Positions 62,901 through 64,000 of a stretch of DNA of 64,000 bases are shown here, one piece after another. The notes under the pieces were generated by a model, which was not told the DNA's origin, made no database searches, and was given only the letters and a program-made list of their open reading frames with translations. Within the stretch, counting starts at the first letter, position 1, and each line of letters begins with the position of its first letter. Source of the stretch: Pseudogymnoascus verrucosus (taxonomy: Eukaryota); assembly GCA_001662655.1 (NCBI GenBank), contig KV460255.1. The stretch is one strand, 5' to 3'. Made by a program: the position numbers and the translations under genes.

Positions 62901-64000
62901 TGGAAAGTTGAGGATGCCCAAAGCAATGCGTAGGTCCTTCAGCGCTGGCAATGGGTTATACAGGATCTGAGAGTTGCCCTGCTTGAGCTCTTCAGCTGGG
63001 CGATCTGCAAGACGCTGAGAAACCTCGCATAAAACATCCTCGACAAAATTTCTGTTTGTTTTAGCTACCACAGCACCAGTTGCCTCTGTTGCAGGTGACA
63101 CAGCCGGCAGTGACCAGAATCCTTCTTCCTCTTCGACCTGGAAAAATTAGTATGGCCCATGGACACGGCAAAATCATGAGATAAAAGGAATTAAGGAATT
63201 GATAAAAACAAAACTTACATCACCATTCTTTACCCGCTCCTGCTCATAGGTAAATCCGAGGTATTCGAGAAGGTCCTTGCATTCGTAACCAAATGCCAGC
63301 AAGAATCTCTTGTTGCGGGCAGCTATTCTCTTCGATTCTCCAGGAGCATTAGTTAATGCATGCGTGAGGTATGTCCGGATCACAGCGAGAACTTCACAAG
63401 GAAGCGAAGGCCTGCTCTCTCCATAGCGATCTGGGTCCTCTTCGATGACTTTAGCTCCTCGCGCATAAACCTTTTGTGGACTTAATAACAACGCCGACTG
63501 TGCACGATTCAACCTTGGAGGAGAGATCCGAATAGTCACAGTTGCTGGGCAACTGAACGCTGAGCATGAGAATGCATGTTGCTCCTTGTAGTTGTCATAT
63601 TTATTCTCGGGCCTCCCAAGCTCCTCTTGTGTCCGAAACTCCGACCCAACATACTGGAAGTGATGCAGCGGGTTAGGAGTGCCAGCTTGACAAGGAATGT
63701 TTTTGCCAGGCTGCTGCGTGTAGTCCACAATAACGTCGAAATGGTGCAAACAGAATGAACAATATGAGGCCGAGAAACATTGTGTTTGTGTCGTAGGTTT
63801 TTTGTCGAAGGGGGGGATGCTGCTCTGCCAGTCCTTTCGACACAAGAAATGGTGACAGTCATTCGGATGTGTGCGCGGAGGATAGCTCTTGTTTGGCTTG
63901 TAGATTGGAGCAGGGTCGATGAGGAGGTTGCCGCCGTTCGCTCGAGGCCTTGAGCTGTCGTAATCTAATAGATCTTCGAGTAACCGCGGACCCGTCTTCC
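59904..64000 (-). CDS. UBP2: Ubiquitin C-terminal hydrolase, Ubp2-like (USP family); 5' end outside the window
   Basis: Introns 63218-63138 and 61837-61787. Cys box GLDNIGNTCYLNSLLQ, QQDVTE, His box VFIHRG...GHYWIYI..WREYND. N-terminal Cys/His-rich region. Confidence 0.9.

Noticed and set aside
1..64000. CRISPR arrays, rRNA/tRNA genes, secondary-metabolite or horizontally acquired cluster
   Set aside because: No repeat-spacer array, tRNA-like or rRNA sequence, or PKS/NRPS motifs were seen by eye; the genes are unrelated housekeeping loci. tRNAscan-SE and Infernal would be needed to exclude small RNAs formally.

Overview
Gene-dense, intron-containing genomic DNA from a filamentous ascomycete (Pezizomycotina; the gene style suggests a Leotiomycete, but this is tentative). 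The window opens in the 5' end of a Fot1/pogo-type DNA transposon, with an open transposase frame and intact terminus, next to an AT/TpA-rich, RIP-like island. It then holds 22 conserved housekeeping genes: SLM1-like, threonyl-tRNA synthetase, GAR1, LDB17, DNAJC3/JEM1, HAUS1, VAC14, delta-8 sphingolipid desaturase, LPD1, SGD1, SRP14, GBP2/HRB1-like, COQ9, SMC6, STR2, UTP22, SCOT, DHH1, FMP25, COG3, YMC1-like carrier and a 5'-truncated UBP2-like protease. There are also three orphan ORFs. I reconstructed exon structures by hand from GT-AG and branch-point signals. I found no clearly novel multi-gene system. The most interesting signals are RNA-level features of the GBP2-like SR/RRM gene: a candidate multi-exon noncoding leader or lncRNA, a candidate poison exon and an 8-nt microexon. 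Also notable are two small TATA-driven Cys-rich orphan ORFs, a partial TPP-aptamer look-alike upstream of SCOT, and a recurring C-to-G skew switch along genes. All family assignments come from motif recognition and recall; no database search was run.
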